DNA of 63,748 nucleotides, the filler included. It is 16 parts of 16 records of this genome, joined end to end, with 100 filler letters (N's around TTAATTAATTAA, not from the genome) between each part and the next. Parts side by side here need not be neighbours in the genome. Positions count along the whole stretch, not along the records: positions 1 to 8,911 come from SRR11831580_2772; positions 9,012 to 11,305 come from SRR11831580_2817; positions 11,406 to 14,545 come from SRR11831580_2825; 13 more parts are not named here. One strand, written 5' to 3'. Made by a program: the position numbers and the translations under genes. The notes below the pieces were generated by a model, which did no database searches, was not told the DNA's origin, and saw nothing but the letters and a program-made list of their open reading frames with translations. Every line of letters begins with the position of its first letter. Positions within the stretch are counted from its first letter, which is position 1. Of this stretch, positions 1-12,680 are shown piece after piece.

Positions 1-99
1 TGCGGCGTAAACGCCTTATCCGGCCTACATGATCGTGCAAATTCAATAAATTGCAGCGTTCTGTAGGCTGGATAAGATGCGTCAGCATCGCATCCGGCA
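1..99. repeat. REP/BIME-1 (RIB-like) element: two convergent REP units with an IHF-site-like linker
   Basis: GCGGCGTAAACGCCTTATCCGGCCTACA (to 29) and TGTAGGCTGGATAAGATGCGTCAGCATCGCATCCGGCA (62-99) flank a linker containing ATTCAATAAATTG; downstream of aslA. Confidence 0.85.
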
Positions 100-126
100 A
101 AGGCAGATCTCAGCGATAGCGCCGGC

Positions 127-1781
127 TTAGTCAGATTTAATCTGCGCGCGTGGTGGATATTTTTTCAGGATCTCCATATACGCGTGCATTTCGGTCTGTA
201 GCGGTACACCCATCGGAATATGGCGCACGCCGATGGAGTCGCTTTCCTGCGGATCGGTGTAGAGGTTAAACACCGACGATCCCGCCGTTTGCATTACTGT
301 GCCGGTGAATCCACCCTGATATCCGCTCTGGGTATAAGCGTAAGGTTGCTGAATCAGGACGTGATACTTGAACTCATCCATACGCACAGCAGCGAGTTTA
401 CCGTTGAGGAAGTAGTGCTCGGCCTTACGGTTAGACTGACCATTTGTTCCCAGGAAGAAGGATGTCTGGTCCACACCATCGATAAAGGTGGTTTTCGGCA
501 CTAAATTCGCCACTTTCGCTCCAGGATGCCCTGCCAGATCCAGCGCGGTAGGGAAGAGATCTGCCAGATCGACAATACCGTCAGATTTACGCGGTTGGAT
601 CATCCCTTTCCAGTAAACGAAAGTCGGTACGCGAACGCCGCCTTCCCAGGTCGAACCTTTCGCACCACGGAACGGGGTGCGTCCGTGCGGCGGTACTTCG
701 GCTTCCGGTCCGTTATCGGAGGTAAAGACGATCAGCGTGTTATCAAGCTGACCGTTTTTCTCCAGTGTTTTATACAGATTAGCGAACACATCGTTCATCT
801 CCACCATGCAGTCGCCATACGAGGTGCGTGCCGGAGAGCTACCCGCATATTTCGCATTTGGGTAGTTATCGAAGTGGCAGCCACGAGTGCCGTAGTAGAG
901 GAAGAATGGTTTATCGCTCTTCGCCATCTTGTCGAGGAACTTAACGCCATAGTCCATCCAGCGTTGATCCAGATCTTCCATATATTTCGGCGTAATGTCG
1001 GCAATGGCCTGTTGTTCGCCGCCGCGCACCGCATGAACGTCATCTTTGCTGAACGGTAATTGCTTGATGTATTCAGAACGGTCCGGACTCAGGGCCACTT
1101 CCGGATTGACGTGAACGTCGCGCCATTCGGTGTACATATCAGACACCGAGTTAAAGCCACGGAAATCATCAAAGCCAACGTTCTGCGGCTGCGACTCTTT
1201 GTTTTCCCCCATATGCCATTTTCCGATGGCCTGAGTGACGTAGCCCTGATCGTGCAGCAACTGCGGCAGCGTGGTTAACCCTTGCAGCCCGCCCGGTTGC
1301 CCGTACATTGGCGGCATCAGAATGCCGTGGTGGATGGAGTATTGTCCGGTGAGAATGGTGGCGCGGGTTGGGGAAGAGCTTGGTTGAGAATACGCCGAAG
1401 TTAAAATCAGCCCCTGGCTGGCAACGGCGTCGATATCTGGTGTAGGGTTACCCACCGCCACGCCGCCACCGTTAAAACCGACGTCCATCCAGCCCACATC
1501 GTCCAGCAAGAAAACAACCACATTCGGTTTCTTACCGGTTTTTTCTCAAGTTCTGCCAGCTTCTGCTGGGTTTCTTTATCCTGCGCCGGATGCTGCATTA
1601 CTGGCATCATATTGTCGGCAATAGTGGTCGCCGGTTTAACCAGATACTGGTTTGGGTGATCGTATCCGGCAAAGCCTTTGCGTGCGGTGGCAGTTGACGG
1701 GGTATCTGCTGCGCTGGCCATGAGAGGAAGAGCGGCGGCGACAGCAACAACAAGACGTTTGGGTGAAAACGAAAATTCCAT
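127..1781 (-). CDS. aslA: Arylsulfatase AslA (Ser-type sulfatase), split by a 1-nt deletion in T-run 1539-1544 (probable sequencing error)
   Basis: ORF 1407-1781 gives [14 protein letters not shown]..., ORF 127-1521 gives the sulfatase core (LLDDVG, SSPTRA, GKWH). Restoring one A gives [16 protein letters not shown] and 1656 nt (551 aa). Confidence 0.93.
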
Positions 1782-2203
1782 GCAAAATGCTCCGGTTTCA
1801 TGTCATCAAAATGATGACGTAATTAAGCATTGATAATTGAGATCCCTCTCCCTGACAGGATGATTACATAAATAATAGTGACAAAATAAATTATTTATTT
1901 ATCCAGAAAATGAATTGGAAAATCAGGAGAGCGTTTTCAATCCTACCTCTGGCGCAGTTGATATGTAAGGCAGGTTTATTATATCGCGTTGATTATTGAT
2001 GCTGTTTTAGTTTTAACGGCAATTAATATATGTGTTATTAATTGAATGAATTTTATCATTCATAATAAGTATGTGTAGGATCAAGCTCAGGTTAAATATT
2101 CACTCAGGAAGTTATTACTCAGGAAGCAAAGAGGATTACAGAATTATCTCATAACAAGTGTTAAGGGATGTTATTTCCCGATTCTCTGTGGCATAATAAA
2201 CGA

Positions 2204-2410
2204 GTAGATGCTCATTCCATCTCTTATGTTCGCCTTAGTGCCTCATAAACTCCGGAATGACGCAGAGCCGTTTACGGTGCTTATCGTCCACTGACAGATG
2301 TCGCTTATGCCTCATCAGACACCATGGACACAACGTTGAGTGAAGCACCCACTTGTTGTCATACAGACCTGTTTTAACGCCTGCTCCGTAATAAGAGCAG
2401 GCGTTTTTTT
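2204..2410 (+). ncRNA. glmZ: GlmZ (SraJ) sRNA, activator of glmS translation
   Basis: Starts GTAGATGCTCATTCCATCTCTTATG, ends in terminator AACGCCTGCTC-cgtaataa-GAGCAGGCGTTTTTTT; 207 nt in the aslA-hemY intergenic position. Confidence 0.92.
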
Positions 2411-2457
2411 ATGTATCAGGAAGGCCCCGGAGGTGCTTGCCTCCGGGTGAGAAGGAA

Positions 2458-3654
2458 CTACTGTGGCGGGTTATTCTGCAACGTTAACATCAAACCGTCG
2501 CGACGCATAGCTGCAGCTTCTTCCGGCTTGTGCAGTCTGTCCAGCGCGTCGGCAAGCCATGCGTAATCGTAGGCGTCCGGACGTTGTTTCAGCGCTGCGC
2601 GGAAGGCGAGCGATGCTTCCTGCCATTCTCCGTGCTTCATCAGTGACTGGCCCAGTGTGCTCCACAACAGCGGGCGATCGCCGACGTTTTTGATTTGCTG
2701 GCGCAGCACTTTTTCCAGCTGTTCCGGATTGTTTGTTTTCAGTCGAGGAATCGGCAGCAGTAGGCGATCGTCGTACTGGCGTTTCAGGCCATCGATGATA
2801 ATTTGCTGGGCAGTATCATGATCGTCACATTCAATAAGATGTTCCGCCATTGCCACCTGCAACGCTACCTGATGACGCGTTTTCCGGCTTTGGTTTTTCC
2901 ACCAGTTACGCAAACCTTCGCTACCGTTATCGGCACGCGCCTGATCCATCAGGCCAATCCATGCCTGTTGTTCCAGCATTGCACGATGTTCTTCATCACC
3001 AACATGGGCTTTCGCCATTGATGGGATAATATCCAGCAGCGAACTCCATGCACCTGTGCGGATATACGCCTGTTCCGCCAGACGTAATACTTCCGGATGG
3101 CGTGGCGTAACTTCCAGCAGCTTATCCACGCCGTGGCGTGCAGCATGGTTTTCATTACGGGCCAGTTGCAGACGTACGCGGGTGATTTCTACCGGAATGG
3201 TGTCGTTGCCGGCCAGCTCCGCTGCGCGTTCCAGATGTTGGTTGGCGCGTGCTTCATCACCACGTTGTTGCGCGGCTTCGGCAGCCAGTAGATAGTTCAC
3301 CACCGGTTGTTCCGCGTGATCGGCATTTTTCGCCATCAGCTTTTCAACTTGCTGATAATCGCCTTCCGCCAGTTTCAGCAGCGCCTGTTCGGTCTGCTTA
3401 CGTGCACGGCGACGCTTACGTCCGACAAACCACCCACGGGTGTGCGCGCCAGTGCGGAAGATCCGCCGCAGTAGCCACTCAATGGCAAACAGCACTACCA
3501 TCGCCAGAATCAATATGATCGCCAGGCCCGTGACGCTGGTTTCGATATTGTAGTTGTCGGTCTGGATCAGCACATAACCCTGATGGCCGGCAATCATCGG
3601 GCCAACCACGATCCCCGCAATCAGCAACACAAAGAGCAATAACACTTTTAGCAT
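2458..3654 (-). CDS. hemY: HemY, TPR-containing inner-membrane protoheme IX biogenesis protein
   Basis: 398-aa ORF MLKVLLLFVLLIAG..., last gene of hemCDXY. Confidence 0.96.
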   Translation of the reverse strand: MLKVLLLFVLLIAGIVVGPMIAGHQGYVLIQTDNYNIETSVTGLAIILILAMVVLFAIEWLLRRIFRTGAHTRGWFVGRKRRRARKQTEQALLKLAEGDYQQVEKLMAKNADHAEQPVVNYLLAAEAAQQRGDEARANQHLERAAELAGNDTIPVEITRVRLQLARNENHAARHGVDKLLEVTPRHPEVLRLAEQAYIRTGAWSSLLDIIPSMAKAHVGDEEHRAMLEQQAWIGLMDQARADNGSEGLRNWWKNQSRKTRHQVALQVAMAEHLIECDDHDTAQQIIIDGLKRQYDDRLLLPIPRLKTNNPEQLEKVLRQQIKNVGDRPLLWSTLGQSLMKHGEWQEASLAFRAALKQRPDAYDYAWLADALDRLHKPEEAAAMRRDGLMLTLQNNPPQ

Positions 3655-3656
3655 GG

Positions 3657-4838
3657 TTATTCTCCTTGCGGCGCGGCTGCCGGAGTATCAGCTTGCGGTG
3701 CAGGTGCAGGTTTAGCTTCCGTTGTCCCCGCTGCCGGTTGTGCCAGCAGGTTACGCACGCGAGTCTGCATCAGTTTTTCCAGCATCGCCTGGCTTTGCAG
3801 GGTTTCCGGAAGATCCATCGAGATATTTTGCTGGCTTAACTGGTCCACCTCGTCGAGGAACGCTTTGGTGGTGGCATCATCAGTATCGTAGTAAGCACGT
3901 ACCCAGGTGGAGACGTTCTCCAGCGCCTGGCGATAAGTCTCTTCCTGGTGACGCGGTACAGCTTGTGCTGCGACCAGCAGGCGAGAGCGAATATTTTCGC
4001 GCAGATAGATATCCTGATTTGGCGCTAACAGCGGTACGGCGGTGTCATCACGACGGCGAATCGTAATGAAGTTGTCCATAAAGTTCTGCCAGCTTTTTTG
4101 CAGATTGATACGCCATTCGCTGATGGAACTGGAAAGCTCTTCACCGTCTGAATCCATCGGCGAACCATCGCTGTCATTATCGGCCAGACGCAGGTTATCT
4201 ACCTGATTTGAAAGCTGATTAAGCTTAAGGATGATGCCGTCATAATCCACCTGCGATACTGCAGAAAGGCTGGCGATATCATCGGTAATTGCCCGACGAA
4301 CGGTAATCAGACTCGGGTCATTCATATCCGCCAGGCTGGCGTCTGCACTTTTCAGCAACGCTGCAGCGGTCGTGACGTCCTGATCGCTCCACAGCTTCCG
4401 TCCGGCGAGTTTCACCAGAAAATCGGCCTGAGCCAGCAGCCAGGTTTTAGCATCGCTGCCGGAAATGGTGGCGACCTTTTGTTGGACTTCATCCAACTGT
4501 TTTGCCAGCGTTTCTTGCTGACGATTCGCCTGCTTAAGTTGTGCAGCTTGTTGCTTAATAATGCCTTCCAGCTCGGCTTTTTGGCTCTCCTGGGCTTTTT
4601 GCAATGCCGTCAGTTGGTTAGCCAGGGCATCGCTGGTGGCGGTCTGATTGACGGCCTGTTGTTTACCCCAGCCATACAAACCGATGCCCGCCGCCAGAGC
4701 AATAGCGATAGCCACCGCGCTGAGAATCAATGCGGTATTGTTCTTACTCTTTTTTTCTGTTGCGACAGGTTGTGACGTGGTGTCCACGGCCTCCCTGGTC
4801 TCTTCAACCACGGCGGAGGTTTTTTCTTGTTCCGTCAT
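3657..4838 (-). CDS. hemX: HemX membrane-anchored coiled-coil protein
   Basis: 393-aa [14 protein letters not shown]..., single N-terminal TM helix, operon position. Confidence 0.96.
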
Positions 4839-4859
4839 TATGGCTTCCTGTTATGAGAG

Positions 4860-5600
4860 TTATTGTAATGCCCGTAAAAGCGCATCGTTGTCAGCGTTAT
4901 CGGCGACCTTAATGTCTTGCCAGCCCAGTTCCCGGGCGAGTTTCGCCAAACGCTCACTGACGACCAATAGTCGACAGTGTAGTAACCAGTGCTCACGATA
5001 CCATTGTGGGATCAGCGACCAGAGTTGCTGCAACATTTCACCGCTGGTAACAACGACCATCGTCACCTCGCGGGCTTGCCAGCGCATCGCTTCTTCTGCA
5101 CCATCGTAATGGATTGCGCATCGTTGATAACATTCACAAAAAGTGACCTCAGCACCGCGCGCCGTCAGGGTATCCCCAATTAGCTCACGACCACCATTGC
5201 CACGTAATATCAGCGCACGTTTGCCCGCAATATTTTGTAATTCAGGTAATTGTAGCAAGACTTCGCTGATTTCCCGATCCTGCGGGTAGAGAATCTTCTG
5301 TCCACTTACGGTATGTAGTGCCAGTGCGGTGGTGCGTCCAATGGCGAAATAATCAGGTAGTCGGGGCCATTTACGATCTTGCTGATGCAGCTGTGATTGG
5401 GCAAAAGCAACCGCGTGTTGCGAGAGGGCAAACAACAGATCGCTCTCCCCCAGCGCTGCCAGTTGATCAGCAAGTTGCGGTAATTGTTGACCCGGAGAAA
5501 ACTCAATCAGCGGAAAATGCCAGGCCACCTGCCCCAGTGTGCGCAGACGGCTCACTAACTCTTCTCCAGCGGGAGACGGGCGGGTGACAAGGATACTCAT
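4860..5600 (-). CDS. hemD: Uroporphyrinogen-III synthase
   Basis: 246-aa [15 protein letters not shown]; 4-nt overlap with hemC. Confidence 0.97.
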   Translation of the reverse strand: MSILVTRPSPAGEELVSRLRTLGQVAWHFPLIEFSPGQQLPQLADQLAALGESDLLFALSQHAVAFAQSQLHQQDRKWPRLPDYFAIGRTTALALHTVSGQKILYPQDREISEVLLQLPELQNIAGKRALILRGNGGRELIGDTLTARGAEVTFCECYQRCAIHYDGAEEAMRWQAREVTMVVVTSGEMLQQLWSLIPQWYREHWLLHCRLLVVSERLAKLARELGWQDIKVADNADNDALLRALQ

Positions 5601-6538
5601 GCCGGGGCGTCTCCGTTATAGACTTCAGCGAGGATCTCGCGCGCGCCGTTATTCAGTAGCTCTTCTGCCAGCGAAATCCCCATTTGTTCGGCATCTTGCG
5701 GCGCACCGCGGCGTTCACCGCGAATAATCTGCGAACCGTCCGGCGCGCCGACCAGCGCACGCAGCCAGATTTCGCCATCAATAAGCTCGGCGTAGCTACC
5801 AATTGGCACCTGACATCCGCCTTCGAGACGGGTATTCATGGCGCGTTCTGCGGTAACGCGCAGTGCAGTTTCGTGGTGATTCAGCGCGGCAAGCAGCTCG
5901 CGAGTGCGTGAATCATCAAGGCGGCATTCAATACCCACCGCACCTTGTCCTACCGCCGGAAGAGAAATCTCGGGTGGCAACGCGGCGCGAATACGTGACT
6001 CCAGACCTAAACGTTTTAGTCCGGCTACGGCAAGAATGATGGCATCGTATTCGCCGTTATCCAGTTTGCTCAGGCGAGTGCCGACGTTGCCGCGCAGGGA
6101 GCGGATAATCAGATCCGGACGGCGTTCAGCCAGTTGGCACTGGCGACGTAAACTGGACGTCCCGACGATACTGCCTGCCGGTAACGCATCCAGACTGTCA
6201 TAGTTATTGGACACAAAGGCATCGCGAGGATCTTCACGCTCACAAATAGTGACCAGTCCCAGACCTTGCGGGAATTCAACCGGCACATCTTTCATTGAGT
6301 GTACGGCGATATCGGCGCGATTTTCGAGGAGCGCGACTTCCAGCTCTTTTACAAATAAGCCTTTTCCGCCTACTTTCGCCAGCGGCGTATCAAGAATCAC
6401 ATCGCCGCGCGTCACCATCGGTACCAGTTCAACGACCAGGCCCGGATGGCTCGCCATCAACTTGTCTTTGACATAGTGTGCCTGCCAGAGTGCAAGTGGG
6501 CTTTGGCGTGTGGCAATTCTTAAAACATTGTCTAACAT
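5597..6538 (-). CDS. hemC: Porphobilinogen deaminase (hydroxymethylbilane synthase)
   Basis: [47 protein letters not shown]; 313 aa from ATG 6538. Confidence 0.97.
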
Positions 6539-6752
6539 GCTTGTTACCGTCATTATCATCCGTGGTCCATCCTAACATCCTTGCCAGAGTGATGTCAGTG
6601 TTGTGGTGAAACGTAGACGCCTGCGCAAACCGTAAAATGAGGTCTGGCAGTGGATCCTGACAGGCGTTTCACGCCGTTGTAATAAGGAATTTACAGAGAA
6701 TAAACGGTGCTACACTTGTATGTAGCGCATCTTTCTTTACGGTCAATCAGCA

Positions 6753-6774
6753 AGGTGTTAAATTGATCACGTTT
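6753..6774 (+). promoter_or_regulatory. CRP-binding site in the cyaA promoter region
   Basis: TGTTA-N6-TCACG resembles CRP consensus TGTGA-N6-TCACA; CRP repression of cyaA is established. Confidence 0.7.
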
Positions 6775-6923
6775 TAGACCATTTTTTCGTCGTGAAACTA
6801 AAAAACCAGGCGCGAAAAGTGGTAACGGTTACCTTTGACATACGAAATATCCCGAATGCCGCGTGTTACCGTTGATGTTGGCGGAATCACAGTCATGACG
6901 GGTAGCAAATCAGGCGATACGTC

Positions 6924-8911
6924 TTGTACCTCTATATTGAGACTCTGAAACAGAGACTGGATGCCATAAATCAATTGCGTGTGGATCGCGCGCTTGCTGC
7001 TATGGGGCCTGCATTCCAACAGGTCTACAGTCTACTGCCGACATTGTTGCACTATCACCATCCGCTAATGCCGGGTTACCTTGATGGTAACGTTCCCAAA
7101 GGCATTTGCCTTTACACGCCTGATGAAACTCAACGCCACTACCTGAACGAGCTTGAACTGTATCGTGGAATGTCAGTACAGGATCCGCCGAAAGGTGAGC
7201 TTCCAATTACTGGTGTATACACCATGGGCAGCACCTCGTCCGTAGGGCAAAGTTGTTCCTCTGACCTGGATATCTGGGTCTGTCATCAATCCTGGCTCGA
7301 TAGCGAAGAGCGCCAATTGCTACAACGTAAATGTAGCCTGCTGGAAAACTGGGCCGCCTCGCTGGGTGTGGAAGTCAGCTTCTTCCTGATTGATGAAAAC
7401 CGCTTCCGTCATAATGAAAGCGGCAGCCTGGGGGGCGAAGATTGTGGCTCCACCCAGCATATACTGCTGCTTGACGAATTTTATCGTACCGCCGTGCGTC
7501 TCGCCGGTAAGCGTATTCTGTGGAATATGGTGCCGTGCGACGAAGAAGAGCATTACGACGACTATGTGATGACGCTTTACGCGCAGGGCGTGCTGACGCC
7601 AAATGAATGGCTGGATCTCGGTGGCTTAAGCTCGCTTTCTGCTGAAGAGTACTTTGGTGCCAGCCTTTGGCAGCTCTACAAGAGTATCGATTCCCCATAC
7701 AAAGCGGTACTGAAAACACTGCTGCTGGAAGCCTATTCCTGGGAATACCCGAACCCACGTCTGCTGGCGAAAGATATCAAACAGCGTTTGCACGACGGCG
7801 AGATTGTATCGTTTGGTCTCGATCCATACTGCATGATGCTGGAGCGTGTTACTGAATACCTGACGGCGATTGAAGATTTTACCCGTCTGGATTTAGTACG
7901 TCGCTGCTTCTATTTAAAAGTGTGCGAAAAGCTCAGCCGTGAACGCGCCTGCGTAGGCTGGCGTCGCGCAGTGTTGAGCCAGTTAGTGAGCGAGTGGGGT
8001 TGGGACGAAGCTCGTCTGGCAATGCTCGATAACCGCGCTAACTGGAAGATTGATCAGGTGCGTGAGGCGCACAACGAGTTGCTCGACGCGATGATGCAGA
8101 GCTACCGTAATCTGATCCGCTTTGCGCGTCGCAATAACCTTAGCGTCTCCGCCAGTCCGCAGGATATCGGCGTGCTGACGCGTAAGCTGTATGCCGCGTT
8201 TGAAGCATTACCAGGTAAAGTGACGCTGGTAAACCCGCAGATTTCACCCGATCTCTCGGAACCGAATCTGACCTTTATTTATGTGCCGCCGGGCCGGGCT
8301 AACCGTTCAGGTTGGTATCTGTATAACCGCGCGCCAAATATTGAGTCGATCATCAGCCATCAGCCGCTGGAATATAACCGTTACCTGAATAAACTGGTGG
8401 CGTGGGCATGGTTTAACGGCCTGCTGACCTCGCGCACCCGTTTGTATATTAAAGGTAACGGCATTGTCGATTTGCCTAAGTTGCAGGAGATGGTCGCCGA
8501 CGTGTCGCACCATTTCCCGCTGCGCTTACCTGCACCGACACCGAAGGCGCTCTACAGCCCGTGTGAGATCCGCCATCTGGCGATTATCGTTAACCTGGAA
8601 TATGACCCGACAGCGGCGTTCCGCAATCAGGTGGTGCATTTCGATTTCCGTAAGCTGGATGTCTTCAGCTTTGGCGAGAATCAAAATTGCCTGGTAGGTA
8701 GCGTTGACCTGCTGTACCGCAACTCGTGGAACGAAGTGCGTACGCTGCACTTCAACGGCGAGCAATCGATGATCGAAGCCCTGAAAACTATTCTCGGCAA
8801 AATGCATCAGGACGCCGCACCGCCAGATAGCGTGGAAGTCTTCTGTTATAGCCAGCATCTGCGCGGCTTAATTCGTACTCGCGTGCAGCAACTGGTTTCT
8901 GAGTGTATTGA
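6924..8911 (+). CDS. cyaA: Class I adenylate cyclase, TTG start, 3'-truncated at contig end
   Basis: [19 protein letters not shown]..., [17 protein letters not shown] motif; runs into spacer. Confidence 0.97.
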
Positions 8912-9011
8912 NNNNNNNNNNNNNNNNNNNNNNNNNNNNNNNNNNNNNNNNNNNNTTAATTAATTAANNNNNNNNNNNNNNNNNNNNNNNNNNNNNNNNN
9001 NNNNNNNNNNN
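8912..9011. other. Artificial contig spacer (44N-TTAATTAATTAA-44N), first of 15
   Basis: Identical spacers at 8912, 11306, 14546, 18380, 21369, 24018, 26841, 34943, 38373, 40669, 42877, 48253, 50816, 54339, 61083 (each 100 bp); core gives stops in all six frames. Confidence 0.99.
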
Positions 9012-9063
9012 AAAATAAATTGATTATATATTTATAATTAATCTTTATAAGTGGTAAGCGACT

Positions 9064-9945
9064 ATGCACATCACCCTCCGGCAGTTGGAAGTTTTTGCAG
9101 AAGTATTGAAAAGTGGATCAACCACCCAGGCGTCGGTGATGCTGGCGTTGTCGCAATCAGCAGTGAGCGCAGCCTTGACCGACCTGGAAGGGCAGCTTGG
9201 CGTGCAACTGTTTGATCGCGTGGGGAAAAGACTGGTTGTTAATGAACACGGGCGGCTGCTCTATCCGCGTGCGTTGGCATTGCTTGAACAGGCGGTTGAA
9301 ATCGAACAACTGTTTCGCGAAGACAACGGCGCGATTCGTATCTATGCCAGTAGTACCATCGGTAACTACATTCTGCCTGCAGTTATCGCCCGTTATCGCC
9401 ATGATTATCCGCAGTTGCCGATTGAACTTAGCGTTGGGAATAGCCAGGACGTGATGCAAGCGGTGCTGGATTTCCGCGTTGATATTGGCTTTATTGAAGG
9501 ACCGTGCCACAGCACTGAAATCATTTCTGAACCGTGGCTGGAAGACGAGCTGGTGGTTTTCGCCGCGCCGACTTCGCCGTTGGCCCGTGGTCCGGTCACC
9601 TTAGAACAGCTGGCCGCTGCGCCGTGGATCCTGCGTGAACGCGGTTCCGGCACGCGGGAGATTGTCGATTATCTGTTGCTGTCACATTTACCGAAGTTTG
9701 AGATGGCGATGGAATTAGGTAACTCCGAGGCAATCAAACATGCGGTGCGTCATGGGTTGGGAATTAGTTGCCTGTCGCGACGTGTGATTGAAGATCAATT
9801 GCAGGCAGGCACATTAAGTGAAGTTGCGGTCCCTCTGCCGCGCCTGATGCGTACGTTGTGGCGTATACATCATCGGCAAAAACACCTTTCCAACGCGCTA
9901 CGGCGCTTTCTGGACTATTGCGATCCCGCAAATGTGCCGCGTTAA
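9064..9945 (+). CDS. yeiE: LysR-family transcriptional regulator YeiE
   Basis: 293 aa with LysR HTH ([24 protein letters not shown]), upstream of lysP. Confidence 0.93.
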
Positions 9946-10149
9946 GTTGCTGTACAAGAACATGCTGGTGCTGTGTCGATTTCGTGACGCAGCGCCTTCA
10001 GCATGCATTCGCCAGAAAAGAGATTGGCTGCTTTACTTATAATCCCTGGGCGATCATGAAGGTGTCTTATAACCGTGTATTTCTGCCGGAAGGATTGCCA
10101 ATCGTCTGCTACAATCGCGCCTCATTTTTAAGATGGATAGCATTTTTGT

Positions 10150-11305
10150 ATGGTTTCCGAAACTAAAACCACAGAAGCGCCGGGCTTACGCCGTGAATTA
10201 AAGGCGCGTCACCTGACGATGATTGCCATTGGCGGTTCCATCGGTACAGGTCTTTTTGTTGCCTCTGGCGCAACGATTTCTCAGGCAGGTCCGGGCGGGG
10301 CATTGCTCTCGTATATGCTGATTGGCCTGATGGTTTACTTCCTGATGACCAGTCTCGGTGAACTGGCTGCATATATGCCGGTTTCCGGTTCGTTTGCCAC
10401 TTACGGTCAGAACTATGTTGAAGAAGGCTTTGGCTTCGCGCTGGGCTGGAACTACTGGTACAACTGGGCGGTGACTATCGCCGTTGACCTGGTTGCAGCT
10501 CAGCTGGTCATGAGCTGGTGGTTCCCGGATACACCGGGCTGGATCTGGAGTGCGTTGTTCCTCGGCGTTATCTTCCTGCTGAACTACATCTCAGTTCGTG
10601 GCTTTGGTGAAGCGGAATACTGGTTCTCACTGATCAAAGTCACGACAGTTATTGTCTTTATCATCGTTGGCGTGCTGATGATTATCGGTATCTTCAAAGG
10701 CGCGCAGCCTGCGGGCTGGAGCAACTGGACAATCGGCGAAGCGCCGTTTGCTGGTGGTTTTGCGGCGATGATCGGCGTAGCTATGATTGTCGGCTTCTCT
10801 TTCCAGGGAACCGAGCTGATCGGTATTGCTGCAGGCGAGTCCGAAGATCCGGCGAAAAACATTCCACGCGCGGTACGTCAGGTGTTCTGGCGAATCCTGT
10901 TGTTCTATGTGTTCGCGATCCTGATTATCAGCCTGATTATTCCGTACACCGATCCGAGCCTGCTGCGTAACGATGTTAAAGACATCAGCGTTAGTCCGTT
11001 CACCCTGGTGTTCCAGCACGCGGGTCTGCTCTCTGCGGCGGCGGTGATGAACGCAGTTATTCTGACGGCGGTGCTGTCAGCGGGTAACTCCGGTATGTAT
11101 GCGTCTACTCGTATGCTGTACACCCTGGCGTGTGACGGTAAAGCGCCGCGCATTTTCGCTAAACTGTCGCGTGGTGGCGTGCCGCGTAATGCGCTGTATG
11201 CGACGACGGTGATTGCCGGTCTGTGCTTCCTGACCTCCATGTTTGGCAACCAGACGGTATACCTGTGGCTGCTGAACACCTCCGGGATGACGGGTTTTAT
11301 CGCCT
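10150..11305 (+). CDS. lysP: Lysine-specific permease (APC family), 3'-truncated
   Basis: LRRELKARHLTMIAIGGSIGTGLF, FSFQGTE motifs. Confidence 0.95.
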
Positions 11306-11405
11306 NNNNNNNNNNNNNNNNNNNNNNNNNNNNNNNNNNNNNNNNNNNNTTAATTAATTAANNNNNNNNNNNNNNNNNNNNNNNNNNNNNNNNNNNNNNN
11401 NNNNN

Positions 11406-12129
11406 CAATCTCGTTCAGACGCGGATCGTTTTCCGCTTCCAGCCAGCGTGCAACCTGTTCTTCGCCCTGCCCTAACTGTGTAAGGTAATCATCGGCAATC
11501 TGACGACCGTAACGATAACCCGCCAGGCGACGTGCTTCGCGATCCACTTTCACGCGCAGCGGCTGCACCATATCACCATGCAGGATCTCCGCCGGTTGTT
11601 CATCCAGTTCACCCGGCCCACGGGCGTGAATTTTCTGCTCCAGCAGGCCGAGCGCCATTGCAAAGCCGTACAGCGTGGCGGCAGGCGTTGGCGGGCAGCC
11701 AGGGATATAAACATCCACAGGGACAATTTTATCCGTACCGCCCCACACGCAGTAGAGATCGTGGAAGATCCCGCCACTGTTACCGCAGGCACCGTAGGAG
11801 ATACAAATTTTCGGGTCCGGCGCGGACTGCCACGCACGCAGCGCAGGGGATCGCATTGCACGGGTGACCGCGCCGGTAAACAGTAAAATATCCGCATGAC
11901 GCGGTGAAGGAACGACTTTAATGCCGAAGCGTTCTGCATCAAACAGCGGCGAAAGCGTGGCGAAAATTTCGATTTCGCAACCGTTGCAGCCGCCGCAGTC
12001 CACGCGGTAAACATAGGCAGAACGTTTGATTTTTTTCAGTAACGACGCCTTCATGCTGGCGATGGATTCATCCACCGTCATGGGGACCGGAATGCCGTTG
12101 GCGTCACGGGGGCCTAATAAATTGCTCAT
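11406..12129 (-). CDS. hycG: Formate hydrogenlyase subunit HycG, 3'-truncated
   Basis: [19 protein letters not shown] Fe-S motifs. Confidence 0.96.
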
Positions 12130-12671
12130 CAGATGGCCTCTTTCATATGGCGAGTCAGTTCAATACGGTCGGACGGCACCAGGCATTTCTGGCGCTTACA
12201 TTCCGGGCAAGTCTCAAAGCTTTCGCGGTGGTTTTCCGCGCGGCTGTCGCCGTTGTGCTTAAGCAGCGCAATGGCGTAGTCGATCTCTTTCTGGACGGCG
12301 AAAGGACGATTGCAGACGCGGCAGTTGCACAGCGCGAAGCGGGACTGTTGCAGGAAGTCTTCTTTCTTCCACACCGCCAGTTCGTACTCTTGCGACAGTT
12401 TGATCGCCGCCGTCGGGCAGACTTCTTCGCAGCGTCCACAGAAGATGCAGTGCCCAAGATTAAACTCCCAGGCAAGCTCTCCTGTGGCGAGGTCAGTTTC
12501 AACCGTTAAGGCGTTTGACGGGCAGGCATTGACGCAGGCCGCGCAGCCGATGCACTGCTGCGGGTTCTGCTCTGGCTTACCACGGAAGTTTTTATCAACC
12601 GCAATCGGCTCCAGCGGATAAGACGAGGTCGCCGTGCCGGTTTTGATGACTTTTTTGATAAAGGTAAACAT
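12129..12671 (-). CDS. hycF: Formate hydrogenlyase 2x[4Fe-4S] subunit HycF
   Basis: [12 protein letters not shown] and [12 protein letters not shown]. Confidence 0.96.
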   Translation of the reverse strand: MFTFIKKVIKTGTATSSYPLEPIAVDKNFRGKPEQNPQQCIGCAACVNACPSNALTVETDLATGELAWEFNLGHCIFCGRCEEVCPTAAIKLSQEYELAVWKKEDFLQQSRFALCNCRVCNRPFAVQKEIDYAIALLKHNGDSRAENHRESFETCPECKRQKCLVPSDRIELTRHMKEAI

Positions 12672-12680
12672 GGCGATTCC

